Positions 1 through 9,273 of a DNA stretch of 64,000 bases are shown here, piece by piece; within the stretch, counting starts at the first letter, position 1, and each line of letters opens with the position of its first letter. The translations under genes were made by a program, and so were the position numbers. This DNA is from Dehalococcoidia bacterium. GTDB taxonomy: Bacteria > Chloroflexota > Dehalococcoidia > Lucifugimonadales > UBA3495. The notes below the pieces were generated by a model. The model did no database searches, was not told where the DNA came from, and was given only the letters and a program-made list of their open reading frames with translations. The stretch covers positions 1,783 through 65,782 of the forward strand of contig JAJDWF010000085.1 of NCBI GenBank assembly GCA_022825745.1, written 5' to 3'.

Positions 1-30
1 AGGAGAAAACGAGAGCAGGAGGCAACCATC

Positions 31-1080
31 ATGGCAACCTATGTGTACGTTGCGGCGCAGGATGACAACAAGGTGTCCATATTCACTATGGACGAGGCCA
101 GCGGCGCGTTGACCATCGCGGGGGAGGAGCCGGTTTCAGGCGGCCCGTCGCTGCTGGCAATCAGCCCCGACAAGCAGACGCTCTATGCCGGGCATCGCGA
201 AGTCCCCGAGATTACCAGCCATCGCATTGACCAGCAGACCGGCGAGCTGACTCAAACGGGTTCAGTAACGCCGCCGGGTCAGCCGGCCTTCCTGGCCACC
301 GACCGCACTGGCCGGTTCCTGCTGTCGTCGTACTACGCTGACGGCAAGGCGGCGGTGCATCCGCTGGGCGACGACGGCAGCGTGGGTGCAGCCGCCACGT
401 GCGTGCTGGACACCGACACCGGCGCCCACGCCATCCAGACTGACCGCTCCAACCGCTTCGCCTACGTGCCGCACATCGCCAGGCAGAACGACAACGTGCT
501 GGAGCCGCCCAAGAACATCGTGGCCCCCAACATCATCTACCAGTTCCGCTTCGACGAATCCGCCGGCACGCTCACTGCCAACGAACCCTCCACCCTGGCC
601 CAGGACGACATGATCGGCCCGCGCCACTTCACGTTCCATCCCTCGCTGGACGTGGTGTACTTCTCCAACGAGCAGGGATGCAGCGTGTCGTCGTACACCA
701 TCGGGGCAGACGGGGTGCTGACGCCGCTGGAAACCGTGTCCACCCTGCCGGCCGGCGTATCAGAGCGCAACACTTGCTCGCAGATCCAGTTCTCGCCGGA
801 CGGTCGCTTGCTGTTCGCACCGAACCGGGGCCACAACAGCATCGCCAGTTTCACGGTGGACGGTGAAGGTCGTCTGACTCCCGCCGGCCACGCGGCCACC
901 GAGGCCGTTCCCAGCGCCTTCAGCCTGGACCCGTCGGGGCGGTACGTGTACGCCGCCGGCTCGGCGACCGGGCAGTTGGCGTCCTACAGCATTGACGGAA
1001 ACACCGGCGCGCTAACGCCGTTGGGTACCTACGCGGTCGGCGCGCGGCCCATGTGGGTGCTCACGACGACGCTGGGCTAG
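31..1080 (+). CDS. Lactonase, 7-bladed beta-propeller family (6-phosphogluconolactonase/YbhE-like)
   Basis: 349-aa ORF. ATG is preceded by AGGAGG. The N-terminus (YVYVAAQDDNKVSIF...) and repeated SPDG/DPSGR blade motifs are typical of the lactonase beta-propeller family. Confidence 0.8.
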   Translation: MATYVYVAAQDDNKVSIFTMDEASGALTIAGEEPVSGGPSLLAISPDKQTLYAGHREVPEITSHRIDQQTGELTQTGSVTPPGQPAFLATDRTGRFLLSSYYADGKAAVHPLGDDGSVGAAATCVLDTDTGAHAIQTDRSNRFAYVPHIARQNDNVLEPPKNIVAPNIIYQFRFDESAGTLTANEPSTLAQDDMIGPRHFTFHPSLDVVYFSNEQGCSVSSYTIGADGVLTPLETVSTLPAGVSERNTCSQIQFSPDGRLLFAPNRGHNSIASFTVDGEGRLTPAGHAATEAVPSAFSLDPSGRYVYAAGSATGQLASYSIDGNTGALTPLGTYAVGARPMWVLTTTLG

Positions 1081-1142
1081 GCCGTTTCCCGGCGATGCGA
1101 TACCATGTGCCCGCAACTCAAGACAGGTCAGGGAGGTTCACC

Positions 1143-1925
1143 ATGCGACTGGAAGGCAAGGTAGCGCTCATCAGCGGCGGCGCGCGGGGTCAGGGCGCGG
1201 CGGAGGCCAGGCTCTTTGTCAGGGAAGGTGCTGCCGTGGTCATCGGCGACATCCTGGACGATGAAGGGCTGAAGCTGGAAGCGGAGATTCGCGAGTTGGG
1301 TGGGCAGGCAACCTTTGTCCATCTGGACGTTACCGACGCCGACCAGTGGGCGGACGCCGTCACCGAGGCGGTGAGTCGCTACGGCAAGCTGGACATCCTG
1401 GTTAACAACGCCGGCATCGGCAGCACCAACGTGGGCGGCCTCAACGCCCCGCGCATCCACGAAGCGCCCACCGAGGTATGGGATCAAATCATGGACGTGA
1501 ACGGCAAGGGCGTCTTCCTGGGCACCCGGGCCGCGATCCCGGCGATGCGTACCGCCGGCGGCGGTTCCATCATCAACATCTCGTCCATCGCCGGCCTGGT
1601 GGGATTAAGTCCCGGCTCGGGAGCGGGATCGGCCTACGCCAGTTCCAAGGGCGCGGTGCGTCTGCTGACCAAGGCCACCGCGGTGCAGTACGCCGGCGAC
1701 GGCATCCGCTGCAACTCCGTGCATCCGGGCTACATCGACACTGCGATGACCGAGCGCATGATGTCCGACCCCGCGATACGGCAGATGCGCCTCGACGCCA
1801 CGCCCATCGGACGCATCGGCACGGTGGACGACATCGCCAACGGCGTGCTGTTCCTCGCCTCGGACGAAGCGTCCTTTATGACCGGCAGCGAGCTGGTAAT
1901 CGACGGAGGCTATACCGCGCAGTAA
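1143..1925 (+). CDS. Short-chain dehydrogenase/reductase (SDR) family oxidoreductase
   Basis: Has the Rossmann motif ISGGARGQG, NNAG, and the catalytic YxxxK (YASSKGAV). I chose the internal ATG at 1143 (GGGAGG upstream) over the track start at 1053, which overlaps the previous gene. Confidence 0.9.
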   Translation: MRLEGKVALISGGARGQGAAEARLFVREGAAVVIGDILDDEGLKLEAEIRELGGQATFVHLDVTDADQWADAVTEAVSRYGKLDILVNNAGIGSTNVGGLNAPRIHEAPTEVWDQIMDVNGKGVFLGTRAAIPAMRTAGGGSIINISSIAGLVGLSPGSGAGSAYASSKGAVRLLTKATAVQYAGDGIRCNSVHPGYIDTAMTERMMSDPAIRQMRLDATPIGRIGTVDDIANGVLFLASDEASFMTGSELVIDGGYTAQ

Positions 1926-1932
1926 CCGCCGC

Positions 1933-3342
1933 CTAATCGACCGCGTGCAGTTGGCCGTCTTCCGTTCGCACCACGAGGCGGCCTTCCGCATATACGGGAC
2001 TGACCCGGATGGCGTCCGAGAGCTGCAACCGCCAGCGCTCGGTGCCGTCGGCGCGATTCAGTCCGTACAACAGGCCGGACTTGTCGCCGAACACCACCGA
2101 CTCCCCCACAACCACCGGCGACGCTACGATGCCGTCTTCGGCCTGGAACTGCCACTGTTCTTCGCCGGTGATCGCGTCCACGCCGTACAGCTTGCCCAAC
2201 GTGTCGCCGATGTAGAGCCGGTCGCCGGCCACGGCGGGCGCCGAAATGATGCCTTCGGTACGCTTCTCCCGCCCGGAGATGCCCTCCGGGTAGTCCGGCC
2301 CGAATCGCCAGCGGTCGCCCGGCTGGGCCGGCGGCGACGGCAATGGGAAGCCCCATAGCCACAGCTGGGACCAGGTGCGGGTTACCACGTACTGCCCGGG
2401 GTATTCCAGGGCGTCGGCGTCCATGGCGTAAAGTTGGCGGCCCGACACGAAGTAAACCTGGTTGTTCGCCGTTACCGGTGCGGCGACCAGCGACGCGCGG
2501 GTACGGAACCGAGCGCGCTCCTGCCCGGTGCGCGCGTCCAATGCGTACAGGCTGCGGTCGGCGGACGCGACGTACACGATTTTCTCCCCCACCGCGACCG
2601 GAGAGCGTACCTCGCCCAGGGTTTCGTGCTGCCAAATCGGTTCGCCCGTCGTGGCGTTCACGGCGTAGGTAACGCCGTCCAGCGCCCCCGCGTACACCAT
2701 GCCGTCGGCGACGGAAACCGGCCCGGCGGTGGAGTCGGACATTTCGTACTCCCACCGAATTTCTTGGGATGATGCGTCCCGGGCCACCAGGCGACGGTCG
2801 GGCATCGAGTAGTACAGCGTGCCGTCGGCCAGGGCCAGGGAGTTCCCGATGGGACCGGTGGCCGGCATGGATTCCAGCTCAGCCCCGGTGTCGGCGTCCA
2901 GCACGGCGATGCGGAAGTGCGCGCCCAGATAGATGCGGCCGTCCGTCACTACCGGCGCGGCCAGCGTGGGCTGCCCCGTAGCCACGCTCCAGGCCAGCGT
3001 GCCCTGAGGCTCGGAAAGTACGTCGGGCACGTTTCGGGTTTGCCCCGGGTTGCGGCCCGTCATGGTCCACTGTTCGCCGGTGGACGCGGAGGAAAACGCC
3101 ACGTCAGGTTGCCGTGCCAGTTTGATCGGGTCGGGTATGAAGGGAAAGTTCAACCAGACCAGGATGCCGATCACCAGCGCCGCCAGCGTCGCGATGATGA
3201 CGTTGCGCCGGGATATGAACCGCCGGCGTTTTGGCGCTTCCTGCGCCCAGCCGGGCAGCAGGGGGTCCGACTCCGTGCCGTCGGGCCGGGATTCCGGCGG
3301 CGAATCCGACGACGGTGTGCTGTTGGTCGGTGTGGTGGACAT
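1933..3342 (-). CDS. PQQ-like (BamB/YxaL-type) beta-propeller repeat protein with N-terminal membrane anchor
   Basis: 469 aa. After a Ser/Pro-rich N-terminus comes a hydrophobic helix (VIIATLAALVIGILVWL). Repeated motifs follow: A.D..TGE..W, G.IY.G, LYALDA.TG. Confidence 0.75.
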   Translation of the reverse strand: MSTTPTNSTPSSDSPPESRPDGTESDPLLPGWAQEAPKRRRFISRRNVIIATLAALVIGILVWLNFPFIPDPIKLARQPDVAFSSASTGEQWTMTGRNPGQTRNVPDVLSEPQGTLAWSVATGQPTLAAPVVTDGRIYLGAHFRIAVLDADTGAELESMPATGPIGNSLALADGTLYYSMPDRRLVARDASSQEIRWEYEMSDSTAGPVSVADGMVYAGALDGVTYAVNATTGEPIWQHETLGEVRSPVAVGEKIVYVASADRSLYALDARTGQERARFRTRASLVAAPVTANNQVYFVSGRQLYAMDADALEYPGQYVVTRTWSQLWLWGFPLPSPPAQPGDRWRFGPDYPEGISGREKRTEGIISAPAVAGDRLYIGDTLGKLYGVDAITGEEQWQFQAEDGIVASPVVVGESVVFGDKSGLLYGLNRADGTERWRLQLSDAIRVSPVYAEGRLVVRTEDGQLHAVD

Positions 3343-3410
3343 GTGGGCAAAAGGTCGGCGGGATGTGTCTGGACACCCCGCCGCTGAACATCGGGACTAT
3401 GGGCAGAACA

Positions 3411-4334
3411 CTACACGTTGCGCAGTTTGGGGTCCAGCCGGTCGCGCAGCCAGTCGCCCAGCAGGTTCATGGACAGCACCGTGAGCACGATGGCCATCGT
3501 GGGGAAGAAGAACAACCACCAGGCGGTGACGATCAACGCCCGCCCATCGGCCACCATCAGGCCCCAGGCCGGCGTCGGTTTAACGAGGCCGGCGCCCAGG
3601 AAGCTCAACGTGGACTCAAGGATGATGACGTGGCCAACCTCCAGGGTGGCGAGCACTACCACGGTGTTGACGACATTGGGGAAGATGTGGCGCATCATGA
3701 TGCGGACTGGCGACGCGCCGGCGACCTGGGCGCGGGCGATGAAGTCCTGCTGCTTGATGGCCAGGGCCTCGCCGCGGACCATGCGGGCGAATCTTGCCCA
3801 CAGGAGCAGCGCGATGACCAGCACCACCGTCTGGAACCCCGGCCCGCTCACCGCCACCAGCACCAATGCCAGCAGGATGGACGGGAACGCCAACTTGATG
3901 TCCACGATCCGCATTATCAGGTTGTCAACCCAGCCTCCGCCGTAGGCCGCCAGCAGGCCCAGCACCGTGCCGACACCCCCGCCCAGCGCGATGGCCAGCA
4001 GCGAAATGGAGAGGGAGATCCGCGCGCCGTGGATGATGCGGCTGAGGATGTCGAATCCCTGTCGGTCGGTGCCCAGCACGTATTGCCAACTGCCACCCTC
4101 CATCCAGGCCGGAGGCATCAGGCGATCGCGCAGGTTGACGTCCACGGGATCATGGGGCGCGATGAGGTTGGCAAAAAGCGCCGGGATAATCAGCATCACC
4201 AGCAGGATGATCAATGGGATGATCGGGTACTGGCGGACGTGGAAAACCACCTGCCCGAACTTGCCGCGCCTGGGGAATGCGCCGGCGTCGGCAGTTGGCT
4301 CGGCGGCGACCGGAGTTGCTGTTGGGGTGGTCAT
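3411..4334 (-). CDS. ABC transporter permease, peptide/nickel type (DppC/OppC-like)
   Basis: 307 aa, multi-TM, with the EAA-loop region ([21 protein letters not shown]). AAGGAA RBS upstream of the ATG. Confidence 0.9.
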   Translation of the reverse strand: MTTPTATPVAAEPTADAGAFPRRGKFGQVVFHVRQYPIIPLIILLVMLIIPALFANLIAPHDPVDVNLRDRLMPPAWMEGGSWQYVLGTDRQGFDILSRIIHGARISLSISLLAIALGGGVGTVLGLLAAYGGGWVDNLIMRIVDIKLAFPSILLALVLVAVSGPGFQTVVLVIALLLWARFARMVRGEALAIKQQDFIARAQVAGASPVRIMMRHIFPNVVNTVVVLATLEVGHVIILESTLSFLGAGLVKPTPAWGLMVADGRALIVTAWWLFFFPTMAIVLTVLSMNLLGDWLRDRLDPKLRNV

Positions 4335-4402
4335 TGCCTAATTCCTTGCTAAGTCACCGGATTCCCGCCAAAACGGGAACGACGGCGAAATGTCAACACC
4401 GT

Positions 4403-5323
4403 CTAGTAGCGAATCCGGGGATTCAGGTAAGCGTACATCACGTCAACCAGCAGGTTGATGAAGATGTAGCACGCAGCGAACAGGATGACGATGCTCTGGA
4501 TGACCGGGAAATCCCGGTTGCGAATCGCGTCAATGGCAAGGTCGCCCAGGCCGGGCCAGACGAACACCGTCTCGATGACCACGGAACCCGTGAGCAGCAC
4601 CGCCCCAATGAGTCCCATGTAGGTGAACGGGACGATCAGAGCGTTGCGGAAACAGTGCTTCCAGATGACCTTCCACTCCGGCATGCCCTTGATGCGGGCC
4701 AGCTTGACGTACTCCGTGTCCAGCACTTCCAGCATCGAGGAGCGGGTGAGGCGCATCACTGCGGCGACGTTATAGTAGCCGAGGGCGACGCCGGGGAGGA
4801 TGATGGACTTGAAGCCGTCGTCGTTGCCCGAGGTGGGCAGCCAGCCTAAGATCACCGCGAATACCCACATGAGTATCAGCCCGATGGCAAAGGACGGCGC
4901 CGACTGTCCAATCAGGGCCACAACTTTTCCGGCCCAGTCAAAGGCGGAGTCTTTTTTGACCGCCACCATGACGCCGATTGGCAAGGCGATCGCCGCGCTG
5001 ACAATCCAGGCGAAAGCAGCGAGCATTACTGTGTTGGGCAGGCGGCTGGCAATCAACTCGGTGATGGGAACGCCGCCGTAGGCCCAGGCCTCGCCGAAAT
5101 CACCCGTGACGAAGTTGCCGATGTAGCGGGCGTACTGGATATAAATCGGCTGGTCCAGGCCCCACTTCTCCCGGACCTGCTCAACAACGGTGTCAGGAGC
5201 GTCCTCGGGCAGGAGGATGGCCACCGGGTCGCCGGTGACCCGCGCCAGCGCGAATACTACTGCGCTGATGACCAGAATCGCTACGATGGACTGAATCACC
5301 CGCAGAAAGATGAAACGCTGCAT
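4403..5323 (-). CDS. ABC transporter permease, peptide/nickel type (DppB/OppB-like)
   Basis: 306 aa. N-terminus (MQRFIFLRVIQSIVAILVIS) and motif YVKLARIKGMPEWKVIWKHCFRNAL are typical of DppB/OppB. Confidence 0.9.
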   Translation of the reverse strand: MQRFIFLRVIQSIVAILVISAVVFALARVTGDPVAILLPEDAPDTVVEQVREKWGLDQPIYIQYARYIGNFVTGDFGEAWAYGGVPITELIASRLPNTVMLAAFAWIVSAAIALPIGVMVAVKKDSAFDWAGKVVALIGQSAPSFAIGLILMWVFAVILGWLPTSGNDDGFKSIILPGVALGYYNVAAVMRLTRSSMLEVLDTEYVKLARIKGMPEWKVIWKHCFRNALIVPFTYMGLIGAVLLTGSVVIETVFVWPGLGDLAIDAIRNRDFPVIQSIVILFAACYIFINLLVDVMYAYLNPRIRY

Positions 5324-5408
5324 CGGTAACCTTCGCTATGCTGGGTGGGGTGGTTGTGTCAATGTTGCCAACGGGGCAGCCGGCCGGCCGCCCCGTGTAG
5401 TTGCTTGC

Positions 5409-7325
5409 TTACCGGCGCACGACCTGGGTGTACTCGTGGCCCTTCATGCCGCCGAAGTAGCTGTTGTTGACCGAGTATGAGGCAATCACGTCGGGGTTGA
5501 TGCCGAACTCCGCGAACAGGAAGCCCAGGGGCATGGTGGCGTTCTGTTCATACATGTATTGGCCGGCTTCTTTCATCAAGTTCAGCCGCTCGGTTTCGTC
5601 CACGCTGCTCTGCCAGCGGCTGAACAGGTCTTCGGTATGCGGGTCTTCGTACATGAACACCGCGCCGGCGAGGGCAGGGCTGACGAAATAGACGCGCATA
5701 TTGCGGCCGGCGGGCCAGAAGCCGGTGCGGTGGGTCCAGAGGACGCTGTTCATTTCCCGCGCCCGGTAGCGGGTGCGGATCGGCTGGAACTCGCCAATCT
5801 GCGCGTCCACGTTGAAGCCCGCGTCTTCCAGCCAGGAAATCATCGGCACCGCGATTTCCGTGAGTTCGGGGACGCCGACCAGCTTGCCGGACATGAACTC
5901 GATGCTTGGGCCGGAGCCTTCGGCGTAGCCGGCTTCGGCCAGCAATTGCCGGGACAGTTCGGGGTCAAAGGCCGGGATCTCCCAGGCCGGGTCGTAGGAC
6001 GGGTCGGTGGGATGCCAGCCGGTGTTGGCCATGAGCTCCATCTTGTTGTCGAAGAAAGCCTCGTTGAGAGCATCGCGGTCAATGGCGTGGTTCATGGCCC
6101 GGCGCACCAGGACGTTGGTGTTGGGGTCGTCCGGGTTTCGCTTGTCTTCCAGGTACTGGCCGCCGATGCCTACCCAGACCATGAAAGCGGGCAGGGTACT
6201 CTGCGTGATGGCGAAGCCGGCGTCAACGATCTCGCCCTGCAATTCGCGGGGGATTTCGGCGATGTCGGCCTCTTTGGCGCGGAGCATGGCAACGCGGGTC
6301 AGGTCTTCCTCGGCGAAGAAGAAGGTCAGGGTGTCAAAGTCAGGGTTGATGCGCCAGTGGTCATCAAAGGCGCGCTCGTACTCCAGCTTGGCGCCCTGCT
6401 GGTAGCTGACGTGCTTCCAGGGGCCGGTGCCCACGGGATTCTCAGCGTAAGCCGCTTCGCCGTTCGTTTCCCAGTAATCCAGGCTGTAGATCAGCGGGTC
6501 GGTGGTGGCTTCCGAGGCGTAGAAGGGAATCCACAGCTCGGGCCGGTTCATGTTCCAGACCATTTCGCTGTCGCTGACTTCGGTAACGGTGGCAGCCTGC
6601 CCCAGGGTCTCGGTGGTAAAGCTGCGTACGTCGTCGCCCTCGGGCCCGAGAATCTGGTCCCAAAATGCGCCGAAGCCGGTGTTGGCCTCAGGGTGCGACC
6701 AGAGTTGGAAGCTGAACACGAAGTCGGACACGCCGAAGGTGTCTTCCCCGTGGTGGAAGGGAACGTTTTCCCGCAACTGGATGGTCCACTCTTTGCCGTC
6801 GGGAGAAACGGACCAGGATTCGGCCAGCATGGGCTTCGCTTCCCAAGTCTGGTAATCGCGCTGGAAGAGGGCTTCCTGCATGGGCTGGAGGATGCCCTGG
6901 TTGGTGCCGCCGACTCGCCAGCCGAGCAGGTTCTCGGCGTAAGGCGGGGTGATGGCGACGCGCAGGTCGCTCTGTACCGGTACGCCGGCCTCCTGGGCCG
7001 GAACTTCGGTCGGGGCGGGCACTGCGGTGGGCGCGGCTCCGCCGGTGCTGGCGTCTGACATGCCGACGGGCTGGGCCGCGGCCGCGGTCGGCTCGGGCGC
7101 CTGGGATTGGGCCTGTTGCTGGCCGGAAGGCTGCGACGCCGGCTGTTGCTGCTGTTGTTGCGACTGCTGCGGCTGAGCGGCCGGAGCCTGCTGCGCCGAG
7201 CTGTCGCCGGACGACGGCTGCGACGCCGGTTCAGCGGGCGCTGTGCCGCCGCAGGCGATGACTACGGTCAATGCAAGGGCAAGAACGCCGAAAATGGCGG
7301 TGCGTAGTGAAACGGCTTTACTCAA
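5409..7325 (-). CDS. ABC transporter substrate-binding lipoprotein, family 5 (peptide/nickel), with Q/P/A-rich tether
   Basis: Body resembles a family-5 SBP. Probable TTG start at 7325 with GGAGG at 7335-7339. Lipobox VIAC-GG. The track start at 7475 adds an implausible 50 aa. Confidence 0.85.
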   Translation of the reverse strand: MSKAVSLRTAIFGVLALALTVVIACGGTAPAEPASQPSSGDSSAQQAPAAQPQQSQQQQQQPASQPSGQQQAQSQAPEPTAAAAQPVGMSDASTGGAAPTAVPAPTEVPAQEAGVPVQSDLRVAITPPYAENLLGWRVGGTNQGILQPMQEALFQRDYQTWEAKPMLAESWSVSPDGKEWTIQLRENVPFHHGEDTFGVSDFVFSFQLWSHPEANTGFGAFWDQILGPEGDDVRSFTTETLGQAATVTEVSDSEMVWNMNRPELWIPFYASEATTDPLIYSLDYWETNGEAAYAENPVGTGPWKHVSYQQGAKLEYERAFDDHWRINPDFDTLTFFFAEEDLTRVAMLRAKEADIAEIPRELQGEIVDAGFAITQSTLPAFMVWVGIGGQYLEDKRNPDDPNTNVLVRRAMNHAIDRDALNEAFFDNKMELMANTGWHPTDPSYDPAWEIPAFDPELSRQLLAEAGYAEGSGPSIEFMSGKLVGVPELTEIAVPMISWLEDAGFNVDAQIGEFQPIRTRYRAREMNSVLWTHRTGFWPAGRNMRVYFVSPALAGAVFMYEDPHTEDLFSRWQSSVDETERLNLMKEAGQYMYEQNATMPLGFLFAEFGINPDVIASYSVNNSYFGGMKGHEYTQVVRR

Positions 7326-7413
7326 AGTGGTGTACCTCCGCGCCAACGAGTCAGGTGAGACGGTTGTGAGATATGAGCGGCCACGCGGGGTTACCGGCGT
7401 GGCAGCGAAATGG

Positions 7414-7442
7414 ACTTTACTGAAAAGGATTAGGGATGTCAA
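7414..7442 (-). promoter_or_regulatory. Candidate sigma70-type promoter for the peptide ABC operon
   Basis: On the minus strand: TTGACA (7442-7437), a 17-nt spacer, then TAAAGT (7419-7414). It lies about 90 nt upstream of the SBP start. Confidence 0.4.
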
Positions 7443-7471
7443 CCGAAACAATGTTACGCCCACGTTGCGAC

Positions 7472-8398
7472 TCACTCGTCACGGCCGGCAATGCTCCCCG
7501 GATAGAACTTCAGCCAGGCCGAGCGGTAGGCGATCATCGTAGGCAGTTCCCGGCCGCCGTCGGTTGTCCTCGCCCTTATCGCCCCCGTCCCGGCATCCCG
7601 CCACACGGCAACCGGAGTATCACCAACGACGCCGGCAACCTCGCCGTCAATCACACTATCGTACGGCCACGCCGCGGCCGAGTCGCCAATCACCACACCC
7701 ACCACGTGGTTCGCGCCCGGTCGGTTGCCCCGAAACGCCGGGGAAGGTTCGCTCACCACCAGCGCCGTAGTCTCCGGGTGCGACGCTGCCCATTTGCCCC
7801 AGGTGGTGAGTTGCGACGGAACCAGCGGCAGCGTCGCGCCGGCCTCCGTGCCGGTGAGCGCCATGCCCAGGGGCTGCGACCAAATGCTGCCGGTCGCGTG
7901 GTCGAACCACGTCATGGCTCCTTTGTACAGCGCGCCCTGGTTTCCGAACACGGCCGCAGTTCCGTTGACGCGCCTCTCATGCACCAACGCGGCGTAGCAT
8001 CGCGGACACCAACTGACCAGCACGGGAACGCCGCCCACCACGTCGTTCACCAGTTCACGGGAGAACAGGATGCCCGTCGGGTAAGCGCGGGCGTCGCCGT
8101 TGATGGACAGCCCGATTACTAATTCGTCGTGGGGCAGGTCGGCGTCCGCTGCCGGTACGAACCGGGGCGCGTAGATCGGCGGTATGTCGTCGGGCAGCAG
8201 CAGTTGCACAAGTTCGGCGTCGGAGAACCCCGCCGCGGCCGGCCCTCGCGGGCCAATCGTCTCGTCGTATGCGCCGGCAAATTCCCCGGCGTAGCCGGCC
8301 GGCGACGGCGGTTCGGACGCGCTGCATCCGCCCACGGCGGACAGCAGGATGGCGGCCGCTGTGATGACGATGAGAACCGGCAAAGCCCGGTCAGTCAC
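7472..8398 (-). CDS. DUF3179 domain-containing lipoprotein
   Basis: Matches the DUF3179 signature (ARAYP..IL...E.VND.VGG.PV.VSWCPRC....V..R.V.G....FG..G.LY......D..TGS.WSQ). Lipobox VGGC. The GTG start overlaps the znuB-like stop by 8 nt. Confidence 0.8.
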   Translation of the reverse strand: MTDRALPVLIVITAAAILLSAVGGCSASEPPSPAGYAGEFAGAYDETIGPRGPAAAGFSDAELVQLLLPDDIPPIYAPRFVPAADADLPHDELVIGLSINGDARAYPTGILFSRELVNDVVGGVPVLVSWCPRCYAALVHERRVNGTAAVFGNQGALYKGAMTWFDHATGSIWSQPLGMALTGTEAGATLPLVPSQLTTWGKWAASHPETTALVVSEPSPAFRGNRPGANHVVGVVIGDSAAAWPYDSVIDGEVAGVVGDTPVAVWRDAGTGAIRARTTDGGRELPTMIAYRSAWLKFYPGSIAGRDE

Positions 8399-9266
8399 CC
8401 GCCGCGACCGTTTCGGGTTGCGGTTGGCGGTGCCGCAGGCGGGAGAACAGGGCCCAACGCCGCGGAGACGCCACCACTGTAATCAGGAGCATGGCTACCG
8501 ACACCACGACTATGGCCGGGCCGGTGGGCAGGTCGAGGTGGAACGACAGGTACAGCCCGATTACGATGGCGGCCAGGGCGACGCCCACGGTAGCAAACAT
8601 CATGCTGGCCAGGCGACGCGCCAGCAGGCTGCCCGTTACCGCCGGCACCACCAGCAGCGACATCACCATCACGTTGCCCACGGTTTTCAGCGCGGCTACC
8701 GTGGTCAACGCCACCAGCAGCGGCAGCAGGTACTCTAGGAAGCGTACCGGCAGGCCCGACGCTTCCGCGACGGCGGAGTCATACGTGGTGAAAACCAGCT
8801 CTTTGTAGAGCAGCCACACCACCAGGACCACGCCGCCGGCCAACAGCCCCACCGACAGCACGTCGGTCCACGAGGCCCCCAGCACATTGCCGAACAGGAT
8901 GCTGAGCAAATCGCCGGCGTAATTTTCGCTTGCGTTGATCAGGATTACGCCAACCGCAAAGCCGCCGGCGAAGAGCACGCCTATCACCGCGTCCAGTCGG
9001 ATTCCGGCCCGTCTGGATACCAGCGAAATGCCCAGCGATGCCGGCACCGCCCAGATTAGCGCGCCCAGGAATATGTTTGCCCCGAACAGGAACGCCACCG
9101 CCATTCCGGTCAGGGCTGAGTGCGCTATCGCGTCTCCCAGGAACGCCATGCCCCGCAGTACCACGAACGTGCCCACCACTCCGCAGGCGGTCGCGGCCAG
9201 GGCCGACACCAGCAGCGCGCGCTGCATGAAACCGTACTGCATGGGTTCGATAATCAGGTCGAGCAT
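8391..9266 (-). CDS. znuB: Metal ABC transporter permease (ABC-3 family, ZnuB-like)
   Basis: 291 aa, about 8 TM segments. Motifs are typical of ZnuB/MntB permeases (FMQRALL, GDAIAHSALTG, LLVVPAVTG). Confidence 0.8.
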   Translation of the reverse strand: MLDLIIEPMQYGFMQRALLVSALAATACGVVGTFVVLRGMAFLGDAIAHSALTGMAVAFLFGANIFLGALIWAVPASLGISLVSRRAGIRLDAVIGVLFAGGFAVGVILINASENYAGDLLSILFGNVLGASWTDVLSVGLLAGGVVLVVWLLYKELVFTTYDSAVAEASGLPVRFLEYLLPLLVALTTVAALKTVGNVMVMSLLVVPAVTGSLLARRLASMMFATVGVALAAIVIGLYLSFHLDLPTGPAIVVVSVAMLLITVVASPRRWALFSRLRHRQPQPETVAAGD

Positions 9267-9273
9267 GGTTTAT

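Noticed and set aside
3347-3383. Hairpin plus TTTT after dppC as a clean intrinsic terminator.
   Set aside because: It ends only ~5 nt before the ATG of the next co-directional gene (1933-3342), leaving no room for a separate promoter. It may instead be an attenuator or stability element, so I did not list it as a confident terminator.
5559-7058. 499-aa plus-strand ORF inside the peptide SBP gene. Similar long antisense ORFs occur at 9856-11160, 13036-14328, 26847-28694, 29845-31407, 30722-32140, 34580-36061, 49542-51530 and elsewhere.
   Set aside because: These are shadow ORFs typical of high-GC DNA. Their translations are Arg/Gly/Ala/Pro/His-rich and low in complexity, with no recognisable motifs. 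The opposite strand encodes proteins with clear family signatures.
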